64,000 bases of DNA from IMG/VR virus record IMGVR_UViG_3300030099_007414, positions 32,001 through 96,000 of that record; one strand, given 5' to 3'. The number at the start of each line of letters is the position of its first letter. Within the stretch, counting starts at the first letter, position 1. Positions 1-9,077 of this stretch are shown one piece after another. This stretch comes from a virus. The position numbers and the translations under genes were made by a program. The notes under the pieces were generated by a model. The model was not told the DNA's origin. It was given only the letters and a program-made list of their open reading frames with translations, and did not search any database.

Positions 1-9
1 TTTAGTCAT
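1..9 (-). CDS. 5' end of a gene running off the window (MTK...)
   Basis: The minus strand reads AAGGAGAAAAATAATATGACTAAA: a strong SD (19-24) and an ATG at 9. Only three codons are visible. Confidence 0.6.
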
Positions 10-97
10 ATTATTTTTCTCCTTGGGTATTACCCTTTAAATTATATGGTTTTATAAACTTGTCAGCTTTAAGGGGGCTGACTGACCCACTATAAGT

Positions 98-3000
98 TTA
101 TAGCAACCAGTTGTTGATGTCATCTGTCGAAACAGTTGTTCCATCAGCAGCTGCTGCTACCCACAAGTCAATGTCGTAATCATAGTTAAAATCGGTTGCA
201 CCGATAGCTTCTACAATTGCGGCCATGCCTGTGTAATCGTGGACGGTTGCCCATCCAATTAGTGCGAAATATCTAGCAAATGTGAAATCCGCTAACTGCA
301 CTGTGAGAGCTACGGCATCGTCTGCAGGAGCAAAGTCAACCACTTTAGAGCCAGCTGGCAAAGTCATGCGAAGGCTTGGTGCGCCGCCAGCATAAGGTAT
401 AGTATACACCTTGCTGTCATGTTCAACAATCCACTCTTGAGTAGTAGGGGAGTAATTCACTGAATTAACCGACCCTGCACCGAAAGCGTGAATCAAAGAC
501 GACGAGTCTGGGGCACCGTAATCAGATAAAGAAATCTTATACAGATTTCCGTCCGAAGTACCAAAGGCGAAACAACTAGCTGGGCCGTGTTCACCACAAA
601 CCGGTGCGCCTGACCATCCATGCGCGGGTGCTATCATCAAATTGTATGCATTGAAATCTGCCAAAGCAGGTGTAATGTATACGTTAGATTCTCCATCAGC
701 GTTCTTTAAGAACATAAATGATCTACTACCTGATACGTCATAACCCTTTACCATCTTAACGATGTTAGAGAGCTGGCCGTCGAAAGTCCAATCATGGGCT
801 CCTCCTCCGTCAACGGGTGGTGCCTGACCAGGGGCATTTGGATCGTAATCACCGTGGAATTGATCAACTCCCATTGTTAGTCCATCTGGCATATAATAAG
901 TTGTACCAGCTGCTGCGCCAGGTAATGCGCCCATGAGTTCACTTATTTCTGCTTCAGAAAGGGCTCTTCCGTGGACAACAAAATGTGAAAGTTCACCGTT
1001 AAATACCTGACTAGTAGGTGCTTTTCCGCCAATACAAAAGAACTCTGCATTGACTAACTCATCAAGCCCATCGGCTCCAAGACCGCCCCAGCCGCGCTGG
1101 AAGCCGCCTATAGTTTTAACACCGTCAAAATAAAGGGTTATATCTCCAGTGTCAGAGCCGTTAGCAAGCGTTTCATCGTAAACCATTGATACGTGATGCC
1201 ATTGTCCGTGACTTAATGGATCTCCTTGCATACCAACGCCGTTATTCTGAATGCCTCCAGTTGCTGGATACCATTCATTCATAGCTCCTAATCCCGGATT
1301 TATTCTTATCAATGATGAAAATCTTCCGTCGAGCGTAAGTCTAAATCTGGACTGCACACCGCCGCCGATGCCGAACATGTCAGAAACAATCCAGTCATCG
1401 TTGCCATTGTGCTTGAACCAAAAACTAATAGTCATCTGATCTGTGCTTTGCCTGTTGGCAACATAATCTGTGATCATATTGTCTATTAATAATTGTCCGC
1501 CCGATACATCAATAGTGTTTCTTTCCTGGCCGTTGATGGTCTGAACAGAGTATGATGGTGATCCCACAGATGTAACACCGGCCATACCAGCGGTGAAGTC
1601 CAATTCAGCGATCATATTATCAATATAATCTGCAGATGATCCTCCCAGAGTGTGACTATGACTTGTACCTACGGTCGAGATTTCATTGGCGATGTCCTCT
1701 CCCTCGAACAGTGGATAATATCCTTCTACCGCTATTGGGTCTGGTGGGAAATCTCCATGGAACTGCAAACCCCCGCCTATGCCGCCAGGGATGCCATTTG
1801 GCATGTAATAAACAACTCCATTTAAGACATGCGTGTGACTGCTTCCAACCGGTGATGCTAGGTCGGATCCGACTTGTGTTGTAAAGGTAGGAAAATACCC
1901 ATTGACCGCCATTGGTCCTTGTTCTGGACCCGGCTCGGTCTCTCCAGGCGCAATAGTGCCCACATAAGAGCTTCCGTCTGGTCCAGTGACTGCGCCAACG
2001 CCTGATGGAACTTCAGAGATTGACATGTCTCCCGAATTTGGAAAATGTGGCACAAAGCTGATATCATAATCGGCAGAAAAACCACCTCCAGGATTCGATA
2101 GCAATACTGTGGATGTTTCTTCTCCATCCCAAGCTAACAATGACGCGGCTTCAATGCCATTGGTGCCATCAACAATTGCTTGAAAAAATGCACCATCGGC
2201 TGCGTTATCTCCGTCTAGTTCGTTCAAGTCATATTTCTTAATAAGTTCTTTGACAAGAGCATCTACATCCAAAGTTCCGCCAGAGCCATCATCAAAAGTA
2301 ACTATTGTCACTAGCTCATCGGGATCTTCTATTTCAGCTACCATTGTTTTGATAGTCAAATCACCAATGTAAAATGGACCATATACAGGATCCCCTCCGT
2401 TATCGGTTATGTAAGGATTACCATTTTCAACTGGACTTAGATTGGGGTGTTCAAGATAAGTCATGATGACCATTTGATCTGAAACAGCGAGTTTGGAAAT
2501 AAAGACAGATGCGTTAACACTGCTTTTTGCCAAAATTACGCCCGCTGCGTCTACAACTGCAACATAAACGGTATGTGAGCCACCTGATGCAACTGTAATC
2601 ACCGCATCGACACCTAACGCTGTTAGGGCTTTTGCGCCGTCAATTGTCGCACCAACTTCGCCGTATTCTGTCAAAGATGCTGACCAATTGGCTGCACCTT
2701 CAGAAACCGCAGTTGCGTTAGCAGTTCCAGTAACAGTAATGTCTGGACCAGATACCGAGGCACTGGCTGAAATACCAGCCGAAGGTGGACCTACAGTGAA
2801 CGACCCACTTGAAGGAGAGTGGCCCACACTATGTGCTAGTTGCGAGCCATCAGATGTGAGGGTGATCGTTACTGTGTGCTCGCCATGGTAACTTCCGCCT
2901 ACCATCGCCCATGAATAAGTTCCATAAGGTAAATCTACCAAAACTGTTAGCGGAGCTGCTCCACTTGCAAGAGTGGCATTGTACATCTCATTACCTGTTC

Positions 3001-6000
3001 CATCATGAGTTATCACCAAAGAGGTGCCGTCCCATGAATCGTTATAGGAGTCATTTTTTACAATTGTTACCGATATACTTGGACTATTATCGATGGTGTC
3101 GGAATTAGAAACAATGACATTACCAGAGGCATCAACAGCTGCCACATATACAGTGTGAAGGGCGTGAGTGGCTGGTGTCACTGTTACGTCTGCGTCAAGA
3201 GCGACCAAAGTACCACCGTGTGGATTGCCTTCGGCTCCCAGAGCAGAGAAAGAATATGCCCAGTTAGCTGCCCCAGCTGCAGTAGCTTCTGCATTAAGAG
3301 TAGCCGCGATGGTGATATCTCCATTGCTCGTCGTTAGTGTCGGTGTAATGACTGGAGAAGGGGCTGCTAAATCAAATGTCCCAGTTCCCGAACCGCCCAC
3401 TAAATTGGCCAATACTGTGCCAAATTCATCAGTGATGGTGGCACTGATTTCAGCCGGATAACTGCCCGGAGTCATAGTATAAGTATAAGTTCCCGGCTCA
3501 AAAGATCCAGACTCCGATAATCCAGCTGGGGCCTTTACGCCATTTGCTGGACCAGTGGATGAATAAACTACTGCACCGTTGGAATCCGCGATTGAAATAC
3601 TACCTCCATTCCATCCATCACCCCATGAGTCAAACATATCAATAGTGACATCAATAGTGTTGCTCGGAGCAGGTGCAACCGGGTCAGGCCCGTCAGCATG
3701 AAGGGCAGAAACATCAGCGTCTGAGAGTGCTCTTGAATACACACGGACATCATCGATGTAGTCGGCAAACCGCTGGGATCCAGAAGTCGGGTTTGCCGAG
3801 GATGCAGCGTTACCAATCGAATAGAGTGTTCCAGAGGCTTTTGCAGGTGCCTCGCCTACCAAACTACCGTTGATATAAAATTTGGTGCTATTCCCAGACC
3901 CAACGGCAGTAATATGATTCCAATCCTCAAAATTCGCTTCATCCATCGTATATCCCGAAGAAATGAACGAATTTGAGTCGTTGTCATAAACACCCAAAAG
4001 ATTAGTATCAAATGAGACAAGTATCGGATGATCGGAGATGTAACATCTCGCCGCTGTTCTCCAAGCTCCAGTTGGGGCAAGCCCCTTGAACCAAATAGAG
4101 ATGGAAAAATCACCCGTTAGATCTGGTTGGTCGGATACCTCATCCAGACGAACTATAGAGTTTTGTCCCGGAAACGACCAAACAGACTTCCCGTCAACCT
4201 CTTCAGAAGTAACATTCACCAAAGTTGCAGTAGCGTCTCCGATGTCTGCATTCGTATCTTCCGCATGGTGTCTCAACACTAGCCCAGTGCTAATGTCAGC
4301 AGGCGCTGCTGCTTCCTCTTCTGCGCCAGCATCATACAAGGCTGTGACTTCAGCAGAGGTTAAGGCCCTGGACCAGATGCGAAGGTCATCTAGTGAGCCA
4401 TTCATATCGTTTATTCCCGGCTCTTGTCCGATTAGGAAATTGGAGCCATTACTTAAACTTCCAACACCCGAAAGATCTCCTTGTGTGGTCTGTAGAGAGC
4501 CATCTATATACAATTTCAAAGTGTTATCTAATCTGTTTCCTACCCCTACAACATGAGCCCAATCGTCGTTGGGAACAGAAGAGTCTGATTTCGCTGTGAT
4601 GTATGGCCCGCCATGGGCTGCAGCGACTTGGAAACCAACCTTGTTATCGGGCTCCTTGTAAAAGGCCCATCCTGTATAATCTGAGTTTGTTCTCTTGCAA
4701 GTTATAGCTCGATAATCTCCAGAGTGTGGCATTTTAGCCCAAAAAGAAAACGAAAAGCTGTTTGCTTCCAAGTCGAGAACATCTCCAAAGTTCACAACAT
4801 CACCTGACCCATCAAACTGCGCATACCCATTTTCAAAAGTCACGCCTGAAGCCGTTCCGTCATTGTCACCAACGCTGTCAGACGCATCAGTATCAAGGGC
4901 ATACTTTGCAACGAGACCGGCTGTTAGGTCAGCAGCTGCCGCTTCTGCGCCAGCATCATACAAGGCTGTGACTTCAGATGCTCCGAGAGCACGAGACCAA
5001 ACTCTAAGGTCATTCATGTCGCCGTCTAAATATCCGGCTGCACCGTCGAGGAATGATCCCCGACCAATTTGGGCACTATTCCCAAAAGCCCATGCTGTAG
5101 AGGTGTCGGAACCATTAGCCAGAAGAGTACCATCAACATAAAGTGCTTTGTTGCCGTCAGATTTGGTCATCACAATGTGATACCAAGTGTCGATATTCAG
5201 AGCACTTGACGAGTTGTCGTAGGTGAGGACATCACCTTCAGACAGAAATCCCGGCTTGCCATGGATTAGTGCAAGACCTTCTTGATTGGCAGTCAGGACA
5301 CTATAGTAACCACTGATAGTTTCAAACCTCATCCATGCAGAAATAGTATAATCTCCAGTTATTTCCGAGGCTAAACTGGCCGGAACCGTGATGCTCGGAG
5401 AGTTGTCTCTTTCAAAAGTGGCATACCCACTATCAAAAGTCACACCCGAAACTGTACCATCATTGTCACCAACGCTGTCAGATGCGTCAGTATCAAGGGC
5501 ATACTTTGCAACGAGGCCGTCGCTCAAGAGGGCTGATGCCTCATAAAAATCCGCAACTTCAGCTGCAGATAGGGCGCGGGACCACATGTTAAGTTCGTCA
5601 ACGTCGCCGTTAAGCCACCCAGAAGGGTTGGTAGAGTTGGCACTGTATGATCCAATTCTCACTGGAACATCTGAAAGGAAAGAACCTGTGATGTTTGTCA
5701 AGGTGCCCTCTAGCTGGCCATCCACATAAAAATGAAGACTTGAGCCGCTTCTAACGTATGTTAACATGTGCCATTTACCGTCATTGACGACAGTTTCGGC
5801 GTAAACAGGTTGTGTTGCATCTGCGCCCTGCTTACTTCTCCAGCCAACGGTGACATTTCCGGCGGCTTGAAGATTCGAGGCCAAATAGGATTTGGAGCTT
5901 CCGCTGTATGCTTCTCGCACCATGTAAACCATTCCTTCTGTCGCCTCTGTCCTGATCCACATTGAAAATGAGGCATCTGAACCCCAGATGTCTCCTAAAC

Positions 6001-6796
6001 TTTGGTCTAAGAGGATTTCTCCGCTTGTGCCATTAAGTTGAGCGTAAGACCTGTCCATTCCCACTACTGCGCCCTGCACAAAAGTTGTACCGTTTGCTGT
6101 TGCGGCGAGACCGCCTAGTGCTTCTGTCGCATCAGTGTCGAGGCGATAAATTGCCTCAAGTCCGTCAAACAACTGCATTCTTCCACCTGCAAACAATGTC
6201 GAAACATCACCCGCAGATAGAGCATTGTCATATACGCGGATATCATCGATATAATCTGCAATAGAGGAGTAGTTGTAGTTCAACCACCCACCAAAAATTT
6301 CTATGCTGGCACTGCCAGTGTAGGAAACGGAATTTCCAACTTGAGCACCATCGATGTAATAGGTCAAAGTCCCATTATCGAAGGATGCAACAAGATGGTG
6401 CCAATCGCCTGTGAAGTTAGCCTGTGTCATGGCATAGCCAGAGCTTTGCCAGCCGCCAGTGCTGTGCCAACTACCTAGCTCGTCATTGTGCCAAATAACT
6501 ATATCGTAAGCGGCTTGGACACCGGCATGACTACCGTTGGAGCCGCCGCCGAGCGATGAGCCGTTCAACATCATATAGCTCTCTTGTGAGCTGGAACGTG
6601 CCTTAAGGTCTTTGAACCAGACTGAAATAGTGTACGTGCTTCCCAGAGCAATAGGTGTCTCTAGGTAGACGCCGCTGCCTGGGTTCGGGAGACTTAAGTG
6701 ATCTTCATTAACCACTGCACCATTGCCAGCGACAAGTTCTGAATCACCTACTGTTGGCAGCAGGTTTTCAAGCGTAGCGTGATAAATTAAAGCCAT
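98..6796 (-). CDS. 2232 aa multi-LamG (concanavalin-like) repeat protein; probable virion fibre, adhesin or receptor-binding protein
   Basis: About six LamG-type domains (W[HY]H.V.....Y.DG...[ID]D[DE].R.[WY].RALS..EV..L[YF] pattern), two DSWGDGWNG/DSYNDSWDG beta-sandwich repeats and two GY[FY]P..H.H..YYMP.G..FHGD repeats. SD AAGGGGG. No signal peptide. Confidence 0.8.
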   Translation of the reverse strand: MALIYHATLENLLPTVGDSELVAGNGAVVNEDHLSLPNPGSGVYLETPIALGSTYTISVWFKDLKARSSSQESYMMLNGSSLGGGSNGSHAGVQAAYDIVIWHNDELGSWHSTGGWQSSGYAMTQANFTGDWHHLVASFDNGTLTYYIDGAQVGNSVSYTGSASIEIFGGWLNYNYSSIADYIDDIRVYDNALSAGDVSTLFAGGRMQLFDGLEAIYRLDTDATEALGGLAATANGTTFVQGAVVGMDRSYAQLNGTSGEILLDQSLGDIWGSDASFSMWIRTEATEGMVYMVREAYSGSSKSYLASNLQAAGNVTVGWRSKQGADATQPVYAETVVNDGKWHMLTYVRSGSSLHFYVDGQLEGTLTNITGSFLSDVPVRIGSYSANSTNPSGWLNGDVDELNMWSRALSAAEVADFYEASALLSDGLVAKYALDTDASDSVGDNDGTVSGVTFDSGYATFERDNSPSITVPASLASEITGDYTISAWMRFETISGYYSVLTANQEGLALIHGKPGFLSEGDVLTYDNSSSALNIDTWYHIVMTKSDGNKALYVDGTLLANGSDTSTAWAFGNSAQIGRGSFLDGAAGYLDGDMNDLRVWSRALGASEVTALYDAGAEAAAADLTAGLVAKYALDTDASDSVGDNDGTASGVTFENGYAQFDGSGDVVNFGDVLDLEANSFSFSFWAKMPHSGDYRAITCKRTNSDYTGWAFYKEPDNKVGFQVAAAHGGPYITAKSDSSVPNDDWAHVVGVGNRLDNTLKLYIDGSLQTTQGDLSGVGSLSNGSNFLIGQEPGINDMNGSLDDLRIWSRALTSAEVTALYDAGAEEEAAAPADISTGLVLRHHAEDTNADIGDATATLVNVTSEEVDGKSVWSFPGQNSIVRLDEVSDQPDLTGDFSISIWFKGLAPTGAWRTAARCYISDHPILVSFDTNLLGVYDNDSNSFISSGYTMDEANFEDWNHITAVGSGNSTKFYINGSLVGEAPAKASGTLYSIGNAASSANPTSGSQRFADYIDDVRVYSRALSDADVSALHADGPDPVAPAPSNTIDVTIDMFDSWGDGWNGGSISIADSNGAVVYSSTGPANGVKAPAGLSESGSFEPGTYTYTMTPGSYPAEISATITDEFGTVLANLVGGSGTGTFDLAAPSPVITPTLTTSNGDITIAATLNAEATAAGAANWAYSFSALGAEGNPHGGTLVALDADVTVTPATHALHTVYVAAVDASGNVIVSNSDTIDNSPSISVTIVKNDSYNDSWDGTSLVITHDGTGNEMYNATLASGAAPLTVLVDLPYGTYSWAMVGGSYHGEHTVTITLTSDGSQLAHSVGHSPSSGSFTVGPPSAGISASASVSGPDITVTGTANATAVSEGAANWSASLTEYGEVGATIDGAKALTALGVDAVITVASGGSHTVYVAVVDAAGVILAKSSVNASVFISKLAVSDQMVIMTYLEHPNLSPVENGNPYITDNGGDPVYGPFYIGDLTIKTMVAEIEDPDELVTIVTFDDGSGGTLDVDALVKELIKKYDLNELDGDNAADGAFFQAIVDGTNGIEAASLLAWDGEETSTVLLSNPGGGFSADYDISFVPHFPNSGDMSISEVPSGVGAVTGPDGSSYVGTIAPGETEPGPEQGPMAVNGYFPTFTTQVGSDLASPVGSSHTHVLNGVVYYMPNGIPGGIGGGLQFHGDFPPDPIAVEGYYPLFEGEDIANEISTVGTSHSHTLGGSSADYIDNMIAELDFTAGMAGVTSVGSPSYSVQTINGQERNTIDVSGGQLLIDNMITDYVANRQSTDQMTISFWFKHNGNDDWIVSDMFGIGGGVQSRFRLTLDGRFSSLIRINPGLGAMNEWYPATGGIQNNGVGMQGDPLSHGQWHHVSMVYDETLANGSDTGDITLYFDGVKTIGGFQRGWGGLGADGLDELVNAEFFCIGGKAPTSQVFNGELSHFVVHGRALSEAEISELMGALPGAAAGTTYYMPDGLTMGVDQFHGDYDPNAPGQAPPVDGGGAHDWTFDGQLSNIVKMVKGYDVSGSRSFMFLKNADGESNVYITPALADFNAYNLMIAPAHGWSGAPVCGEHGPASCFAFGTSDGNLYKISLSDYGAPDSSSLIHAFGAGSVNSVNYSPTTQEWIVEHDSKVYTIPYAGGAPSLRMTLPAGSKVVDFAPADDAVALTVQLADFTFARYFALIGWATVHDYTGMAAIVEAIGATDFNYDYDIDLWVAAAADGTTVSTDDINNWLL
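4318..4977. repeat. 36 bp exact direct repeat (4318-4353 and 4942-4977) at LamG domain C-terminal boundaries
   Basis: cttctgcgccagcatcatacaaggctgtgacttcag occurs twice and encodes EVTALYDAGAE. Confidence 0.9.
4821..5515. repeat. 95 bp direct repeat (4821-4915 and 5421-5515, 600 bp apart) at LamG domain N-terminal boundaries
   Basis: Manual alignment gives 10 mismatches in 95 bp. It encodes LVAKYALDTDASDSVGDNDGT.SGVTF..GYA. Confidence 0.9.
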
Positions 6797-6831
6797 AGTA
6801 AATCCCCCTTATTATTATTTTTTAATTTCAT
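6787..6831 (-). CDS. Putative 14 aa upstream ORF (MKLKNNNKGDLLWL) overlapping the LamG gene start
   Basis: Strong SD AAAGGAGA (6839-6846), ATG at 6831, TAA at 6787-6789. Out of frame with the LamG ORF. Confidence 0.35.
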   Translation of the reverse strand: MKLKNNNKGDLLWL

Positions 6832-6969
6832 ATTAATTTCTCCTTTATAATTGTTAATAGAAATAATAGAAAATATTATTTTTTTAGGGTTTTCTAAACT
6901 TAATTTTAATTGCCTACCGTTAGGTAAAAAAACCATTAAAAAACCCCTTTTAAGAAAACATAAATTTTC

Positions 6970-7006
6970 AAAAAAACATGAACAGAGTCTACGGGTAGAC
7001 TTGTTC
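6970..7006 (-). terminator. Probable second intrinsic terminator downstream of yeaG
   Basis: Minus-strand hairpin GAACA-AGTCTA-CCCG-TAGACT-C-TGTTC followed by ATGTTTTTTT. Confidence 0.55.
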
Positions 7007-7059
7007 GCCCTAGATATGCCTTCGTTCTTCCAAAAGCCAAAAAAGATTACCAATTTGTC

Positions 7060-7095
7060 AAAAAAAAATAGTCTTGTAAGAAAACTTACAAGACT
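7060..7095 (-). terminator. Intrinsic terminator closing the yeaH-spoVR-yeaG unit
   Basis: Perfect 11 bp stem AGTCTTGTAAG-TTTT-CTTACAAGACT followed by ATTTTTTTTT on the minus strand, about 40 nt after the yeaG stop. Confidence 0.8.
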
Positions 7096-7132
7096 TTATT
7101 TGAAAACGTATATTTTAAAAAATTTAAGAGAC

Positions 7133-9076
7133 TTAACTATCTCTCCAGAGATTATTCGAAGCGTATTTGATAACTTCTGTAGCTGAAGCCTCATTGTATC
7201 CATATTCTTCCATCAAGGTCTTTATCATCTCGTTGTACTTACCTTGCTGCTTCTTATCTCTAGATTTTGATTTTGTTACGATTCTGGAAATGTCGCGAAC
7301 TGAAGCGAGAAGCTTGTTCTCGATTGCTTCCTTGAGGGGGCCGTAAGAGGTCCAATCAATTTGTTCGCCTTTTCTCAATTTCGCAAACATGTAGGCTGTG
7401 ATGTCTGCCCTAAAGTTCTCTCTTGCTGAACCAACAATTCCGATCTGTTCTTCAATGGAACACAGGAAATCTTCATCTGCCTGCATCTCTTCGTTAGTTA
7501 CCTTATCTTTTACTTTAGATCCGTTAACATAGGCTTCCGCATGGTCTAAGTAATTATTAAACAAAGATTCTGCTTGCTCTTGATAGGCAGAGACAAAAGC
7601 TTTGGTAATTTCAGTCTCAAGAATATTTAGGTACTCATCATGAAGCTCTTTCTGCAGGAATGATAGATATCGCTCTCTCAAATCCTCCACAACAACTTGC
7701 TCTTTTACTTGCTTGACAAGCGCATCCCTAATAGATATAGGCGTCACCATATTAGTGTCAGAATCAGCAACTGCTGCATCAATTGACTTCATAATAAATC
7801 TTGTGGATATTCCAGTCATACCTTCGTCGCGAACCTCGTCACGTAGGTCGTCAATATCAATCTTTTTAATATATCCTTTCTCTACAACCTCTTGACCATT
7901 GTAGATCTTCATCTTGGTCATCGGGTCGACCTTGTTTGAAGGTTTAAGTCGTGTCAAGACAGAGAACATAGCAGCGACTTCTAAAGTGTGCGGTGCGATG
8001 TGGGCATCAAAGTCTGACTCATCAAGCATTTTCTTATAAATTTTCTGTTCTTGGCTAACTTCTAAGCAGTAAGGAACATTAACTCTAACAATTCTGTCAA
8101 GAATAGCTTCGTTTGTGTTCTCGGATTTGAACTTAATCCATTCTGCTTCGTTACAGTGTGCCAAAATGACACCATCGAAGTAAATCATAGCACCTTTACC
8201 GGGAGAAGGGACTGCCTTTTCCTGGGTTGCGGTGATCATTGTGTGTAAGAATTCGATTTCGTTTTTGAAAACCTCGACAAACTCAACAATTCCACGATTT
8301 CCTACGTTGAAGGCCCCATTTAGGCTTAGTGCGCGAGGGTCGTCTTCCGGATATAGGTCTAATTTTGAAATGTCCTCTGACCCCACTAGGATGCTTGTAT
8401 CCTGTGTGTTCGCATCCATAGGAGGAACAACTCCGATACCCCTGCGGCCACGAATGGAGAAGCTGGTTTCTTTGACTGGGAAGTTCATGTAATCACCGCC
8501 AAATTCTTCTAACAAACGATGGCGGCATACGGGACACAAATCGCCTTCAATCTTCATTCCATATAATTCTTGGAATTGATCTCGCAAACTTCTGGGAATC
8601 AAATGTATTGGCTCTTCGTTGATAGGGCAGCCGTCCAAAGCGTACAAAGGACCACTACCTTCTAATGCTCTTTTGATGTGCTCTACGAGGGCTGACTTAC
8701 CCGCGCCGACTGGACCAAGCAATAAAAGAACCTGGCGGCTTTCTTCGCCCTTCATGGATGCAGAGTGCAAATATCTCATGATTTTGGCCAAAGATCTTTC
8801 CATCCCAAAGAACTTGTCTTGGAAATAGTCATAAGTCTTTAGCGGCTCTCCACCAAAAAGATTGGAACATCTAGCGTCCTCTTCGGACATCCTAGTGATC
8901 CCTTTTCCGGTAATCGTGGTGTACAATCTTTTGTGCGCCAACTGAGCGATTTTTTTATTTTCTTCTAGCAACTCTAAATAATCCGAGAAAACGCCAGAAA
9001 ACTTCTCTCTCTTGCTACTTTTCTTGTGTTTTTCAGCAATTTCCAAAAATTTGTTAGTTTTTGATTTCTTAGTCAT
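7133..9076 (-). CDS. prkA: PrkA/YeaG family AAA+ ATPase (annotated serine protein kinase)
   Basis: Walker A LLLGPVGAGKS, plus GCPINEEP, IEGDLCP.C, GNRGIVEFVE.FK, NEAILDRI.RVNVPYCL, EGMTGISTRF and LFNNYLDH. Start moved to MTKK (9076), 1 nt after the spoVR stop. Confidence 0.93.
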   Translation of the reverse strand: MTKKSKTNKFLEIAEKHKKSSKREKFSGVFSDYLELLEENKKIAQLAHKRLYTTITGKGITRMSEEDARCSNLFGGEPLKTYDYFQDKFFGMERSLAKIMRYLHSASMKGEESRQVLLLLGPVGAGKSALVEHIKRALEGSGPLYALDGCPINEEPIHLIPRSLRDQFQELYGMKIEGDLCPVCRHRLLEEFGGDYMNFPVKETSFSIRGRRGIGVVPPMDANTQDTSILVGSEDISKLDLYPEDDPRALSLNGAFNVGNRGIVEFVEVFKNEIEFLHTMITATQEKAVPSPGKGAMIYFDGVILAHCNEAEWIKFKSENTNEAILDRIVRVNVPYCLEVSQEQKIYKKMLDESDFDAHIAPHTLEVAAMFSVLTRLKPSNKVDPMTKMKIYNGQEVVEKGYIKKIDIDDLRDEVRDEGMTGISTRFIMKSIDAAVADSDTNMVTPISIRDALVKQVKEQVVVEDLRERYLSFLQKELHDEYLNILETEITKAFVSAYQEQAESLFNNYLDHAEAYVNGSKVKDKVTNEEMQADEDFLCSIEEQIGIVGSARENFRADITAYMFAKLRKGEQIDWTSYGPLKEAIENKLLASVRDISRIVTKSKSRDKKQQGKYNEMIKTLMEEYGYNEASATEVIKYASNNLWRDS

Positions 9077-9077
9077 T

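Noticed and set aside
62-82. GTCAGC/GCTGAC hairpin as the adhesin terminator
   Set aside because: Only a 6 bp stem on the minus strand and no proper U-tract.
4318-5515. CRISPR array or DGR template/variable repeat pair
   Set aside because: The repeats are two-copy, in frame and at domain borders. There is no spacer periodicity, no adenine-specific mismatch pattern and no reverse transcriptase in the window.
6796-6831. -1 frameshift at A AAA AAT fusing the uORF to the adhesin
   Set aside because: The shifted frame meets TAA TAA TAA at once.
7033-7061. TTGACA at 7061-7056 as a sigma70 promoter for the adhesin
   Set aside because: No -10 box 16-18 bp downstream (the sequence there is GGCTTT); the hexamer is the end of the terminator U-tract.
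6797-7132. tRNA, or the 88 aa and 111 aa ORFs, in the long intergenic region
   Set aside because: No cloverleaf or T-loop motif. The ORFs are low-complexity AT-rich frames crossing terminators.
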